Position numbers and translations under genes: made by a program. The notes beneath the pieces were generated by a model, which saw only the letters and a program-made list of their open reading frames with translations, ran no database searches and was not told the origin of the DNA. A stretch of 58,124 nucleotides of DNA. Source: Sphingomonadaceae bacterium (lineage in GTDB: Bacteria; Pseudomonadota; Gammaproteobacteria; Burkholderiales; SG8-39). This document shows positions 41,259 to 50,203 of the stretch, piece after piece. Positions within the stretch are counted from its first letter, which is position 1. Each line of letters starts with the position of its first letter. The stretch is from contig JBLMWT010000060.1 of assembly GCA_050257375.1 (NCBI GenBank), positions 1 through 58,124 on the forward strand, given 5' to 3'.

Positions 41259-42254
41259 ATGCCACTACCCGACAAGATGCGCGCGGTCGAGATCGCGAAA
41301 CCCGGCGGACCCGAGGTGCTCGTTCCGACGTCGCGCCCGCTGCCCGTTCCGAAGCGCGGCGAGATCGTGGTGAAGGTCGCCGCCGCGGGGGTCAACCGTC
41401 CCGACGTCCTGCAGCGCATGGGGTTGTATCCGGTGCCGGCGGACGCCTCCGACCTGCCGGGACTCGAGATCGCTGGCGAGGTGGTCGCCTGCGGCGCCGA
41501 AGCGCGCATGTGGAAGGTCGGCGCGAGCGTGTGCGCGCTCGCGCACGGCGGGGGCTATGCCGAGTATTGCGTCGTGCCCGAGGTGCAGGCGCTGCCGGTG
41601 CCGCGCGGACTGTCGATGGTCGAGGCCGCCTCGCTGCCGGAGACATTTTTCACCGTGTGGTCGAACGTCTACGACCGCGGGCGCCTCAAGCCCGGCGAGA
41701 CCCTGCTCGTGCAGGGCGGCTCATCCGGCATCGGCGTGACGGCGATCCAGATGGCGAAGGCGATGGGCAACCGCGTGATCGCCACCGCGGGCAGCGACGA
41801 GAAATGCGCCGCGTGCGTCCGGCTCGGCGCCGACAAGGCCATCAACTACCGAACGCAGGACTTCCTCGCCGAGGTGCTCGCGGCCACCGGCGGCAAGGGC
41901 GTGAACGTTGTGCTCGACATGGTCGGCGGCGACTACGTGCCGAAGGAGCTCAAATGCCTGGCCGATGAAGGGCGCCTCGTGTTCATCGCCTTCCTGCGCG
42001 GGCCGAAGACCGAGCTCGACATCAACGAAGTGATGCGCAGGCGGCTGGTCCTGACCGGCTCGACGCTGCGGCCGCGCCCCGTGGAATTCAAGGGCGCTGT
42101 CGCGCGCAGCCTGCGCGAGCACGTCTGGCCGCTGATCGAGGCGGGCAAGATCAGACCGGTCGTGTTTAAGACCTTCCCGCTCGCCGAGGCGGCCGAAGCG
42201 CATCGCCTGATGGAATCCTCGCAGCACATCGGCAAGCTGGTGCTCACCGTATAG
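41259..42254 (+). CDS. NAD(P)H:quinone oxidoreductase (zeta-crystallin/PIG3-type MDR)
   Basis: The start MPLPDKMRAVEI is in frame with ORF 41205..42254. It has AAGVNRPDVLQRMGLYP and LVQGGSSGIGV. Confidence 0.87.
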   Translation: MPLPDKMRAVEIAKPGGPEVLVPTSRPLPVPKRGEIVVKVAAAGVNRPDVLQRMGLYPVPADASDLPGLEIAGEVVACGAEARMWKVGASVCALAHGGGYAEYCVVPEVQALPVPRGLSMVEAASLPETFFTVWSNVYDRGRLKPGETLLVQGGSSGIGVTAIQMAKAMGNRVIATAGSDEKCAACVRLGADKAINYRTQDFLAEVLAATGGKGVNVVLDMVGGDYVPKELKCLADEGRLVFIAFLRGPKTELDINEVMRRRLVLTGSTLRPRPVEFKGAVARSLREHVWPLIEAGKIRPVVFKTFPLAEAAEAHRLMESSQHIGKLVLTV

Positions 42255-43200
42255 CTTTTCCGCCGCGCGGCTCCTCGGACGCGGCCTCGGCGCGCAGCCA
42301 GGCGAGAAACTGCGCCACCTCGGGGCGCGACACAGCAGTCTTCGACACGATCGCGAAATACGCGCGCGCCGGATCGGCGCTGCGCTTGAACGGCGCGACC
42401 AGCTCGCCCGAGGCGAGCGCCTCGCGCACCAACGGGCTCCTGCCGAGCGCCACGCCGTTGCCGGCGATCGCCGCCGGGATGATCTGCTCGTAGCCCGAGA
42501 AGAGCAGGCTGCCCGCGGGCCGCAGGTCGGTGAGCCGCTCGACCTCGAGCCAGGTCTTCCAGTGCAGCCACGGATGGCGTCCGTCCGGGTCGTCATACTG
42601 CAGCAGCACGTGGTGGCGTAGATCGGCAGGCTGGCGCAGCGGTCGCTTCGGGTCGGCGAGCAGCTTCGGGCTGCATACCGGGAACACGCGCTCGCCGAAC
42701 AGCCGGAGCGCGTTCGGGCCCGCGAGCGAGGCCGCGCCGTGGCGGATCGCGATGTCCAGGCCCTCGCGCTCGAGGTCCTGCACGCGCGTATCGGCGGCGA
42801 TGCGCACGTCGACGCCCGGGTGCCCGCGAGTGAAGCGCGCCAGGCGCGGAATCAGCCACAGCGCGGCGAACGAATGCGTCGTGGTGACCGCGAGCGCGCG
42901 CCGCGCGGAGAGCGCGCGCAGGCGGTCGGTCGCGGCGCGCATCGCCTGCAGCACCTGGGCGGCGGCCGGGAACAGCGTGCGCCCGGCCTCAGTCAGCGCG
43001 AGCGCGCGGTGGCGCCGCTCGAACAGGGCCACGCCGAGCTGCTCCTCGAGATCCTTGATCTGGCGGCTGACGGCCGACTGCGTGAGGTGCAGCTCCTCGC
43101 CCGCGCGTGTGAACGACAGCAGGCGCGCGGCCGCCTCGAAGCCCTTCAGCAGGTCGAGGGACGGCAGGCGTGGTGTCGCCTTCGCATTCCCGTTAGTCAT
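42244..43200 (-). CDS. LysR-family transcriptional regulator (GcvA-like)
   Basis: The start MTNGNAKATPRLPSLDLLKGFEAAARLLSFTRAGEELHLTQSAVSRQIKDLE at 43200 is in frame with the track ORF. Confidence 0.88.
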   Translation of the reverse strand: MTNGNAKATPRLPSLDLLKGFEAAARLLSFTRAGEELHLTQSAVSRQIKDLEEQLGVALFERRHRALALTEAGRTLFPAAAQVLQAMRAATDRLRALSARRALAVTTTHSFAALWLIPRLARFTRGHPGVDVRIAADTRVQDLEREGLDIAIRHGAASLAGPNALRLFGERVFPVCSPKLLADPKRPLRQPADLRHHVLLQYDDPDGRHPWLHWKTWLEVERLTDLRPAGSLLFSGYEQIIPAAIAGNGVALGRSPLVREALASGELVAPFKRSADPARAYFAIVSKTAVSRPEVAQFLAWLRAEAASEEPRGGKAIR

Positions 43201-43265
43201 GCATATCCTGAGAATTAAGCGTTTGTAGTCACTCTCGCCATGGCGCAACATGCGCCTCACGAAGC

Positions 43266-43280
43266 ATGCGCTTTCCGCAT
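43266..43280. promoter_or_regulatory. LysR-type T-N11-A dyad ATGCG-CTTTC-CGCAT
   Basis: Read directly. It lies in the LysR/DUF2917 divergent spacer, 22 nt upstream of ATG 43302. Confidence 0.45.
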
Positions 43281-43301
43281 GCCGTACACAAGGAGTGGAC
43301 C

Positions 43302-43529
43302 ATGCGCATCGAACTCGACGCCGACAAGCTGCGACTCGCCCAGGGGCAAACGCTCAGGCTGCGGGATGGCGCGGGCGGCACGGTCTGCTGCCGCGCGGGC
43401 ACAGTCTGGGTCACCGAAGAGAATCAGCCGCGCGACGTTGTGCTCGAAGCAGGCGCCTGCCACCACCTGTCGCAGCGCGGCGTGGCGCTGGTGCAGGCGC
43501 TCGGCGACGCCCTGATTTCTTTTTCCTGA
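43302..43529 (+). CDS. DUF2917-like small protein
   Basis: The ATG is preceded by AAGGAG. The pattern LRLRDGAGGTVCCRAGTVWVTEENQPRDVVLEAG matches remembered DUF2917 proteins, which usually pair with LysR regulators. Confidence 0.6.
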   Translation: MRIELDADKLRLAQGQTLRLRDGAGGTVCCRAGTVWVTEENQPRDVVLEAGACHHLSQRGVALVQALGDALISFS

Positions 43530-43544
43530 CCCCCAAGAGCCGGG

Positions 43545-43745
43545 ATGACCGACATGCTGCAACTCGACATCGATACCTGGCTCATGGACCCGGCCGCGGA
43601 CCTGCGCGTTCACGCGGCGGCGCGCCGCGCGCGCGCCGAGCTGGCCCACGACCTGCTCGTGCGCTTACGCGCGCGGCTAGGACGTAAAATGCGCGTTCCT
43701 GCAAGCTGGAGCGCGCATGTTCAAGGAAGGGCTGCTCGAGGGTAA
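43545..43745 (+). CDS. possible small helical protein (66 aa)
   Basis: The first 40 or so codons have high GC3, which then decays. It overlaps the next gene by 29 nt. I recognise no family. Confidence 0.25.
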   Translation: MTDMLQLDIDTWLMDPAADLRVHAAARRARAELAHDLLVRLRARLGRKMRVPASWSAHVQGRAARG

Positions 43746-44592
43746 ACGCATCCTCATCACCGGTGGCGGCACCGGCCTGGGCAAGGAAATCGCCGCCAAG
43801 TACCTCGAGCTCGGCGCGGAAGTGTGGATCGCCGGGCGGCGCGGCGGCGTACTCGAGCAAACGGCCAAGGAGCTCGCCGCGAAGTTCGGCGGCACGGTGC
43901 GCACGCACGCGGTCGACATCCGCGACGCGCAGTCGGTCGATGCGATGGTGCAGCGCATCTGGGACGAAGCCGGTCCGCTGACGGGACTGGTGAACAACGC
44001 CGCCGGCAACTTCATCAGTCCGACCAAGGATCTGACGCCGAACGGCTTCAACGCGATCGCCCACATCGTCTTCCACGGCACGTTCTACGTCACACACGCG
44101 GTGGGACGGCGTTGGATCGCCGGCGGGCACAAGGGCTCGGTCGTGTCGATCCTCGTCACCTGGGTGTGGACCGGCTCGCCCTACGTCGTGCCCTCGGCGA
44201 TGTCGAAGGCGGGCCTGCATGTGATGACCAAGTCGCTCGCGGTCGAGTGGGGGCGTTACGGCATCCGCCTGAACGCCATCGCGCCCGGCGCCTTTCCCAC
44301 CGAAGGCGCGTCCAAGCGGCTGCGCCCCGACGGAAGTTTCGAGGACGCGACCGGCTCGATCCCGATGCGCCGCTTGGGGCGGATGCCGGAGCTGCAGCGC
44401 CTCGCGACCTTCCTCATGGCCGACGGCTGCGATTGGCTGACCGGAGAGACCATCGCGATCGATGGCGGCGGCTACCTGGCGAACGGTGCCTCGTTCAGCG
44501 AGCTGGACAAGCTGAGCGATGCCGATTGGGAGCGCATGCGCGCGCTGATCAAGGCGCAGAACGAGAAGGATCGCACCGGACGCACCGCATGA
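43717..44592 (+). CDS. SDR, 2,4-dienoyl-CoA reductase (DECR)-like
   Basis: It has ITGGGTGLG, NNAAGNF and SAMSKAG (S..K). GGAG lies 6 nt upstream of the ATG. Confidence 0.82.
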   Translation: MFKEGLLEGKRILITGGGTGLGKEIAAKYLELGAEVWIAGRRGGVLEQTAKELAAKFGGTVRTHAVDIRDAQSVDAMVQRIWDEAGPLTGLVNNAAGNFISPTKDLTPNGFNAIAHIVFHGTFYVTHAVGRRWIAGGHKGSVVSILVTWVWTGSPYVVPSAMSKAGLHVMTKSLAVEWGRYGIRLNAIAPGAFPTEGASKRLRPDGSFEDATGSIPMRRLGRMPELQRLATFLMADGCDWLTGETIAIDGGGYLANGASFSELDKLSDADWERMRALIKAQNEKDRTGRTA

Positions 44593-46256
44593 AGCCCGTT
44601 CCACGGCCCGCGGCGACCGTCGTCCTGATGCGCGAAGCAGCGGTTGGCCCCGAGGTAATGTTGCTCCAGCGCACCAAAGGCGCGGCATTTCTCGCCGGCG
44701 CCTACGTGTTTCCCGGCGGCGCGCTGGATGCCGCCGACGGCGACGCGCGCACGCTCGCGCGCGTGACCGGGCTGTCCGACGCCGATGCGAGCCGCCTTCT
44801 CGGGGTCGATCGAGGCGGGCTCGCCTACTGGGTGGCGGCGATGCGCGAATGCTTCGAGGAGGCGGGCATCCTGCTCGCGCACGACGAGCACGGCCAGACG
44901 GTGAGCCCGGCGCGCGTCGAGCAGCTGGCGCGCTTTCGAGCGCCGCTGAACGCCGGCGAAGTCGCGTTCGCCGACTTTCTCGAAAGCGAGGGCCTGACGC
45001 TGCCCGCAGGCGAGCTCGCCTACATCGGCCACTGGATCACCGCGCCGGGACGGCCGCGGCGCTTCGACACACGCTTCTTCGTCGCGGCCGCGCCGCAAGG
45101 CCAAAGCGGCTCGCACGATGCCTCCGAAACCATCCATCACCTGTGGATCCGCCCGCAGGATGCGCTCGCGCGCGGCGAGCGCGGCGAGATCGAGCTGGTA
45201 TTCGCCACCCAGCACACGCTCGCCGAGCTGGCGCAGTTCGAGCACCCGCAGCGCGCCATGGACTACGCGCGCGCGAAGCCGGAAATCGAGACCAACCGCG
45301 CCTGCTGGGCGCAGGGCAGCCAGGGCCCGAAGCTCTTCCGCCGCGCCGATCCGCAATACTTCGAGATCCACTGGTGCGATCCCGAGGAGACGGGCGAGTC
45401 GAGCTACGAGATCGTTCCCGGAAAGCCGAAGCGGCTCGATCGGCTGGTGACGCGCATCACCGCCCCCAATCCCGGCATGATGACCGGGCCCGGCACCAAC
45501 AGCTACCTGGTCGGCGAGCGCGAGCTCGCGCTGATCGATCCGGGGCCGGCCATCGACTCGCACGTTCAGGCGCTTCTTGCTGCGGGTGCGGGCCGCATCC
45601 GCTGGATCCTGTGCACGCACACGCACCTCGACCATTCGCCTGCGGCCGCCGCGCTCAAGGCCGCGACCGGGGCGACCGTGATCGGCCGGCCGGCGCCGCA
45701 GGGCGCGAGCCAGGACCAGGGTTTCGCGCCCGAGCGCATGCCGGGACACGGCGAGCGGCTGGAGCTCGGCGGCTACGTGCTGCGCGCACTGCACACGCCG
45801 GGACATGCGTCCAATCACCTGTGCTACCTGCTCGAAGAGACGAAGATGCTGTTCACCGGCGACCACGTGATGCAGGGCTCGACGGTGGTGATCAATCCGC
45901 CAGACGGCGACATGCGCGCCTACCTGCTCGCGCTCGAGGGTCTGCTCGAGGAAGACGTCGAGATCTTCGCGCCCGGCCACGGCTTCCTGATCGGGCAGCC
46001 CCAGCGCGAGCTACGGCGGCTGATCGCGCACCGCCTGGCGCGCGAGGCAAAGGTTGTCGCGGCGCTCGCGCGACTCGGTCGCGCCACGCTCGAGCAGCTG
46101 GTGCCCGCAGTGTACGACGACGTGCATCCAAGGCTGCACGCTGTCGCGGCGCGCTCGCTCACCGCGCATCTCCAAAAGCTCGTCGCCGAGGGCAACGTGC
46201 GCGCCCAGGACGGGTGGTACCATCCGGCCCAAGAAGAAATGCGAGAGCGCGGGTGA
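44589..46256 (+). CDS. fusion of a degenerate Nudix-like N-domain and an MBL-fold (LACTB2-like) metallo-hydrolase
   Basis: The ATG forms an ATGA overlap with the upstream stop. The N-terminus has FPGGALD...MRECFEEAGIL (Nudix-box remnant). The C-terminus has CTHTHLDHS, HTPGHA and a C-terminal winged-helix-like tail. Confidence 0.8.
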   Translation: MKPVPRPAATVVLMREAAVGPEVMLLQRTKGAAFLAGAYVFPGGALDAADGDARTLARVTGLSDADASRLLGVDRGGLAYWVAAMRECFEEAGILLAHDEHGQTVSPARVEQLARFRAPLNAGEVAFADFLESEGLTLPAGELAYIGHWITAPGRPRRFDTRFFVAAAPQGQSGSHDASETIHHLWIRPQDALARGERGEIELVFATQHTLAELAQFEHPQRAMDYARAKPEIETNRACWAQGSQGPKLFRRADPQYFEIHWCDPEETGESSYEIVPGKPKRLDRLVTRITAPNPGMMTGPGTNSYLVGERELALIDPGPAIDSHVQALLAAGAGRIRWILCTHTHLDHSPAAAALKAATGATVIGRPAPQGASQDQGFAPERMPGHGERLELGGYVLRALHTPGHASNHLCYLLEETKMLFTGDHVMQGSTVVINPPDGDMRAYLLALEGLLEEDVEIFAPGHGFLIGQPQRELRRLIAHRLAREAKVVAALARLGRATLEQLVPAVYDDVHPRLHAVAARSLTAHLQKLVAEGNVRAQDGWYHPAQEEMRERG

Positions 46257-46331
46257 TGAGCAGGTACGACAAGACCCTCGAGCCGGTCGAGATCGACCCG
46301 CCCGACCTCGAGTAACCTGCACACGACTTTT

Positions 46332-47699
46332 TTGCCTGACGTGGCGCGCTTCGATTTCGACCTGTTCACCATCGGCGGCGGCTCCGGCGGAGTGCGCGCC
46401 AGCCGCTTCGCCGCACAGTACGGCGCGCGCGTGGCAATCGCCGAGAGCGACCGCTTCGGTGGCACCTGCGTGAACGTCGGCTGCATCCCGAAGAAGCTGT
46501 TTTCCTACGCCGCGCATTTCCGCGACGATCTCGAGGACGCGCGCGGCTACGGCTGGAGCGTCGGCGAGCCTGCCTTCGACTGGCCGAAACTCGTCGCCGG
46601 CAAGGACAAGGAGGTGGCGCGCCTGAATGCGGTCTACGAGCGCCTGCTCGCCACCGCGGGCGCGGAGATCCTGCGCGGACGCGCGGTGATCGTCGATCCC
46701 CACACCGTCGAGGTCGCGGGGCGCCGCTGGAGCGCCGAGCACATCCTCGTCGCCACCGGATCGCGCCCGCAAATTCCCGATATCCCCGGCAAGTCGCTCG
46801 CGCTCACCTCGGATGACATCTTCCGCCTCGAGCGCCTGCCGCCGCGCGCGATCGTCGTGGGCGGAGGCTACATCGCGGTCGAGTTCGCCTCGATCTTCAA
46901 CGGCCTTGGCGTGCGCACGACGCTCGCCTACCGGCGTCACCGTCTGCTGCGCGAGTTCGACGCCGAGCTCGGCACGCGCCTGGGCGAAGAGATCCAAAAG
47001 AAGGGGGTGATGCTGCATTTCGGCGCCGAGCCGGTGGCAATCGAGCGGCAGCCGGACGGTGCGCTCGAAGTTACGTACGGCGATGGCCAGCACGCGCGCG
47101 CCGAGCTGGTTCTGTTCGCCACCGGGCGCGTGCCGAACAGCAAGGGCCTAGGCCTGGAGGCCGCGGGCGTGAAGCTCGGGCCGATCGACGAGGTCCTGGT
47201 CGACGCCTATTCCAGGAGTTCGGTCGAGTCGATTCACGCCATCGGCGACGTCACCAACCGCATCAACCTGACTCCCGTGGCGACCGCCGAGGGCGGCGCA
47301 CTCGCGAAGACCCTGTTCGGCGGCCAGCCGACGGCGCCCGACCACGAGAACGTGCCGACCGCCGTGTTTGCGAATCCGAACCTGGCCACCGTGGGGCTAT
47401 CGGAAGAGCAGGCGCGCGAGCGCCATGGCGCGATCGAGATCTACAAGACCAGCTTCCGCTCGCTCAAGCACGCGCTGACGGCAGGCGAGGAAAAGATATT
47501 CATGAAGCTGGTCGTCGAAACCGCGAGCGGCAGGGTGCTCGGCGCGCACATGATCGGCCCGGAGGCCGCCGAGATCATCCAGGGCATCGCTATCGCCGTG
47601 AAGCTGGGCGCGACCAAGGCGCAATTCGACGCCACGCTCGGCATCCACCCCACCGCCGCCGAGGAGTTCGTCACCCTGCGCGAGCCGGTGGTATCCTAA
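46332..47699 (+). CDS. gor: glutathione-disulfide reductase
   Basis: It has GGGSGG, the redox-active GGTCVNVGCIPKK motif and a C-terminal HPTAAEE. The start is TTG at 46332 or, more likely, GTG at 46341. Confidence 0.9.
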   Translation: MPDVARFDFDLFTIGGGSGGVRASRFAAQYGARVAIAESDRFGGTCVNVGCIPKKLFSYAAHFRDDLEDARGYGWSVGEPAFDWPKLVAGKDKEVARLNAVYERLLATAGAEILRGRAVIVDPHTVEVAGRRWSAEHILVATGSRPQIPDIPGKSLALTSDDIFRLERLPPRAIVVGGGYIAVEFASIFNGLGVRTTLAYRRHRLLREFDAELGTRLGEEIQKKGVMLHFGAEPVAIERQPDGALEVTYGDGQHARAELVLFATGRVPNSKGLGLEAAGVKLGPIDEVLVDAYSRSSVESIHAIGDVTNRINLTPVATAEGGALAKTLFGGQPTAPDHENVPTAVFANPNLATVGLSEEQARERHGAIEIYKTSFRSLKHALTAGEEKIFMKLVVETASGRVLGAHMIGPEAAEIIQGIAIAVKLGATKAQFDATLGIHPTAAEEFVTLREPVVS

Positions 47700-47706
47700 A
47701 TTTACT

Positions 47707-48912
47707 ATGCTGCTCGAATCCCGTGTCAAGAAAGTGATCGCCAGGCTGCGCGCCAATGCGAGCCTGCCGGTGGCGATCGAGCTGTGGAACGGCGAGCGCT
47801 ACGAGCTATCGCCCGCGCCGACCGTGACGCTGAGGATTCCCTCGGCCTCGGCGCTGCGCTACTTCGCCAACCCGGACCTCGGCAAGCTCGGCGAGGCCTA
47901 TGTCGAAGGCCGTGTGGACGTCGAGGGACCGATCACCGAGGCGCTGCGGGCCGCCGAAGGCCTGTCACGCCATGCCGGGCAGGCAAAACGCGGGCGTCTG
48001 CCGGTGCTGCGCAACCTGCACACCCGGAAGGTCGACGCCGCATCGATCCAGTACCACTACGACGTCTCGAACGATTTCTACGCGCTGTGGCTCGACCGCA
48101 ACATGGTTTATTCCTGCGCGTACTTCAAGACGGGCGACGAAACGATCGATGTCGCCCAGGAGCAGAAGCTCGACCACATCTGCCGGAAGCTGCGCCTGCG
48201 CCCGGGCGAGAAACTGCTCGACATTGGCTGCGGCTGGGGAGCGCTGGTGCGCTGGGCGGCCAAGCACTACGGCGTGGACGCGACCGGCATCACGCTATCG
48301 CACAACCAGCACGCGCTCGCCAACCAGCGCATCGCCGACGAAGGTTTGGGCGCGCGCTGCCGCGTGCTGCTGCAAGATTACCGCGACGTGCCCGGCGAAG
48401 GGGTCTACGACAAGATCTCCTCGGTGGGCATGTTCGAGCATGTCGGCCTCAAGAACCTGCCGCTCTACTTCCGCAAGGTCCACTCGCTCCTGCGCGAAGG
48501 CGGCCTGGTTATGAACCACGGCATCACCTCGGTCGACCCGGACAGCCGCTCGGTCGGCCTGGGCGCGGGCGAGTTCATCGGCAAGTACGTGTTCCCGCAC
48601 GGCGAGCTGCCGCACGCGTCGCTTGTGCTCAAGGAGATGGCGCGCGCCGAGCTGGAGGTCATGGACGTCGAGACGCTGCGACAGCACTACGCGCGAACAC
48701 TGTGGCACTGGAGCGAACGCTTCGAAGCGAATCTCGATGCCGCGCGCCGGCACGCCGGCGAAAAGCGCGTGCGCATCTGGCGCGCCTATCTCGCCGGCTG
48801 CGCGCACGCGTTCGAGCAGCGCTGGGTGTCGATCCACCAGGTGCTCGCGGCGAAGAGCTCGGATCCCAAGGCCAAGCCCCTGCCCTGGACGCGCGCCTGG
48901 ATCTACGAATGA
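47707..48912 (+). CDS. cfa: cyclopropane-fatty-acyl-phospholipid synthase
   Basis: It has YHYDVSNDFYALWLD, the LLDIGCGWG SAM motif and MFEHVG. Confidence 0.9.
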   Translation: MLLESRVKKVIARLRANASLPVAIELWNGERYELSPAPTVTLRIPSASALRYFANPDLGKLGEAYVEGRVDVEGPITEALRAAEGLSRHAGQAKRGRLPVLRNLHTRKVDAASIQYHYDVSNDFYALWLDRNMVYSCAYFKTGDETIDVAQEQKLDHICRKLRLRPGEKLLDIGCGWGALVRWAAKHYGVDATGITLSHNQHALANQRIADEGLGARCRVLLQDYRDVPGEGVYDKISSVGMFEHVGLKNLPLYFRKVHSLLREGGLVMNHGITSVDPDSRSVGLGAGEFIGKYVFPHGELPHASLVLKEMARAELEVMDVETLRQHYARTLWHWSERFEANLDAARRHAGEKRVRIWRAYLAGCAHAFEQRWVSIHQVLAAKSSDPKAKPLPWTRAWIYE

Positions 48913-49457
48913 CGAGCCCTACCGCGCACTGGCACGCCGAGCATGCGAACTTCACCAAATTGCTCGACGTGCTCGACCGGCAGCTGGCGCTCTTTCGTGC
49001 CGGCGAGAATCCGAACTACGAGCTGATGCTGGATATCGTCAGCTACCTGCGTCATTTCCCGGACCGCCACCATCACCCGCGCGAGGACGTGGCGTTCACG
49101 CGTCTCGCTGCGCGCGATCCGGCGATGCAGGTGAAGGTGAACCGTTTGCTGCAGGAACACCGCGTGCTCGCCAAGGCGGGCGACGACCTGCTCGCGCTGC
49201 TGAACCAGGCCGCCGACGAGGCGATCATCGCGCGCGCCGAGGTCGAGGCCACGGCCGCGACGTACCTGATCTACTACCGCCACCATATCGCGAGCGAGGA
49301 GCGCGACATCCTGCCGCGCGCGGCCGAGCTGCTCACGCCCGAGGACTGGAGCGCGGTGGCCGCGGCCGTGCCGCCCGGACACGACCCGCTGTTCGGCGAG
49401 CAGTCCGAAGAGCGCTACCGCGAATTGCGCCGCCTGATCGCGCTCGCCTCGAGCTAG
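48909..49457 (+). CDS. hemerythrin-domain (HHE cation-binding) protein
   Basis: The ATG forms an ATGA overlap with the cfa stop. Repeated His/Glu ligand motifs are present (HAEHANF, HHHPREDVAF, HHIASEERDILP). Confidence 0.75.
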   Translation: MTSPTAHWHAEHANFTKLLDVLDRQLALFRAGENPNYELMLDIVSYLRHFPDRHHHPREDVAFTRLAARDPAMQVKVNRLLQEHRVLAKAGDDLLALLNQAADEAIIARAEVEATAATYLIYYRHHIASEERDILPRAAELLTPEDWSAVAAAVPPGHDPLFGEQSEERYRELRRLIALASS

Positions 49458-50194
49458 GCGAGCGCGCGCGCGACGAGCGAGGCTCCGCTTGCGAGCAGGA
49501 GCGGCGCGACCGCGCGCATCAGCGTCTCGCGCCGCAAGCGCATGAAGAGGTGCGAGGCGACCGAGATGCCGACCCAGGCCGCAGGCAGCGCGAGCGCCGC
49601 GCCGAGCCACACCCGCGGATTGCTCATCAGGCCGGTCAGCACGAACGCGGCAAGCCGCAATGAGATGCTCGCCACCGAAGTAAGCGCAAGCGTGGCGCGG
49701 AACGACTCCTTGGACAGGTTGCGCTGCGCGAGGTAGATCGCATATGGCGGCCCGCCCGCGCCGAACAGCGCGCTGGTCACGCCGCCGGCGAGGCCGGCGG
49801 GATAGGCCCAGCCGCGCCCGACGGTGCCGCGCGGGCCGCGCGCGGCGAGCGAGTAGAGCGCGAAGGCGACCACGAAGCAACCGAGCGCCAGCATGCCGGC
49901 CCGACGCGGCATGTTGACCAGCAGCGAAGCGCCCAGCGCGGTGCCGACCAGGATCATCGGCACCAGCCGCGCGACCTCGCCACGTACGACGTGCTGCGGC
50001 GCCTCCAGCCCGAGGCGCAGCGAATTGGAGAGGTCGACGAGCACGAATACCGCGAGCGCGAACGGCAGCGGCACGAAGTGCGTCGCGAGCGGAATTGCGA
50101 TCAGCGCTGCACCGAAGCCGGTGATGCCGTAGACGAGCGCGGCCGCGAGCGCAATCGGCGCCAACGCGAGCAGTGCCGCGGTTCCCCCGGGCAC
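49454..50194 (-). CDS. TauE/SafE-family (sulfite/organosulfonate exporter-like) membrane protein
   Basis: 246 aa with 7-8 TM segments. It has ITGFGAALIAIP and GAGGPPYAIY motifs and a GTG start. Confidence 0.78.
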   Translation of the reverse strand: MPGGTAALLALAPIALAAALVYGITGFGAALIAIPLATHFVPLPFALAVFVLVDLSNSLRLGLEAPQHVVRGEVARLVPMILVGTALGASLLVNMPRRAGMLALGCFVVAFALYSLAARGPRGTVGRGWAYPAGLAGGVTSALFGAGGPPYAIYLAQRNLSKESFRATLALTSVASISLRLAAFVLTGLMSNPRVWLGAALALPAAWVGISVASHLFMRLRRETLMRAVAPLLLASGASLVARALA

Positions 50195-50203
50195 AAGCGC
50201 CGC

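Noticed and set aside
46270-46331. A Rho-independent terminator after the MBL gene (the palindrome GGTCGAGATCGACC and a T6 run).
   Set aside because: The palindrome has a 2-nt centre, so it cannot form a normal hairpin loop. It also lies about 30 nt away from the T-run. No GC-rich stem directly precedes the T-run.
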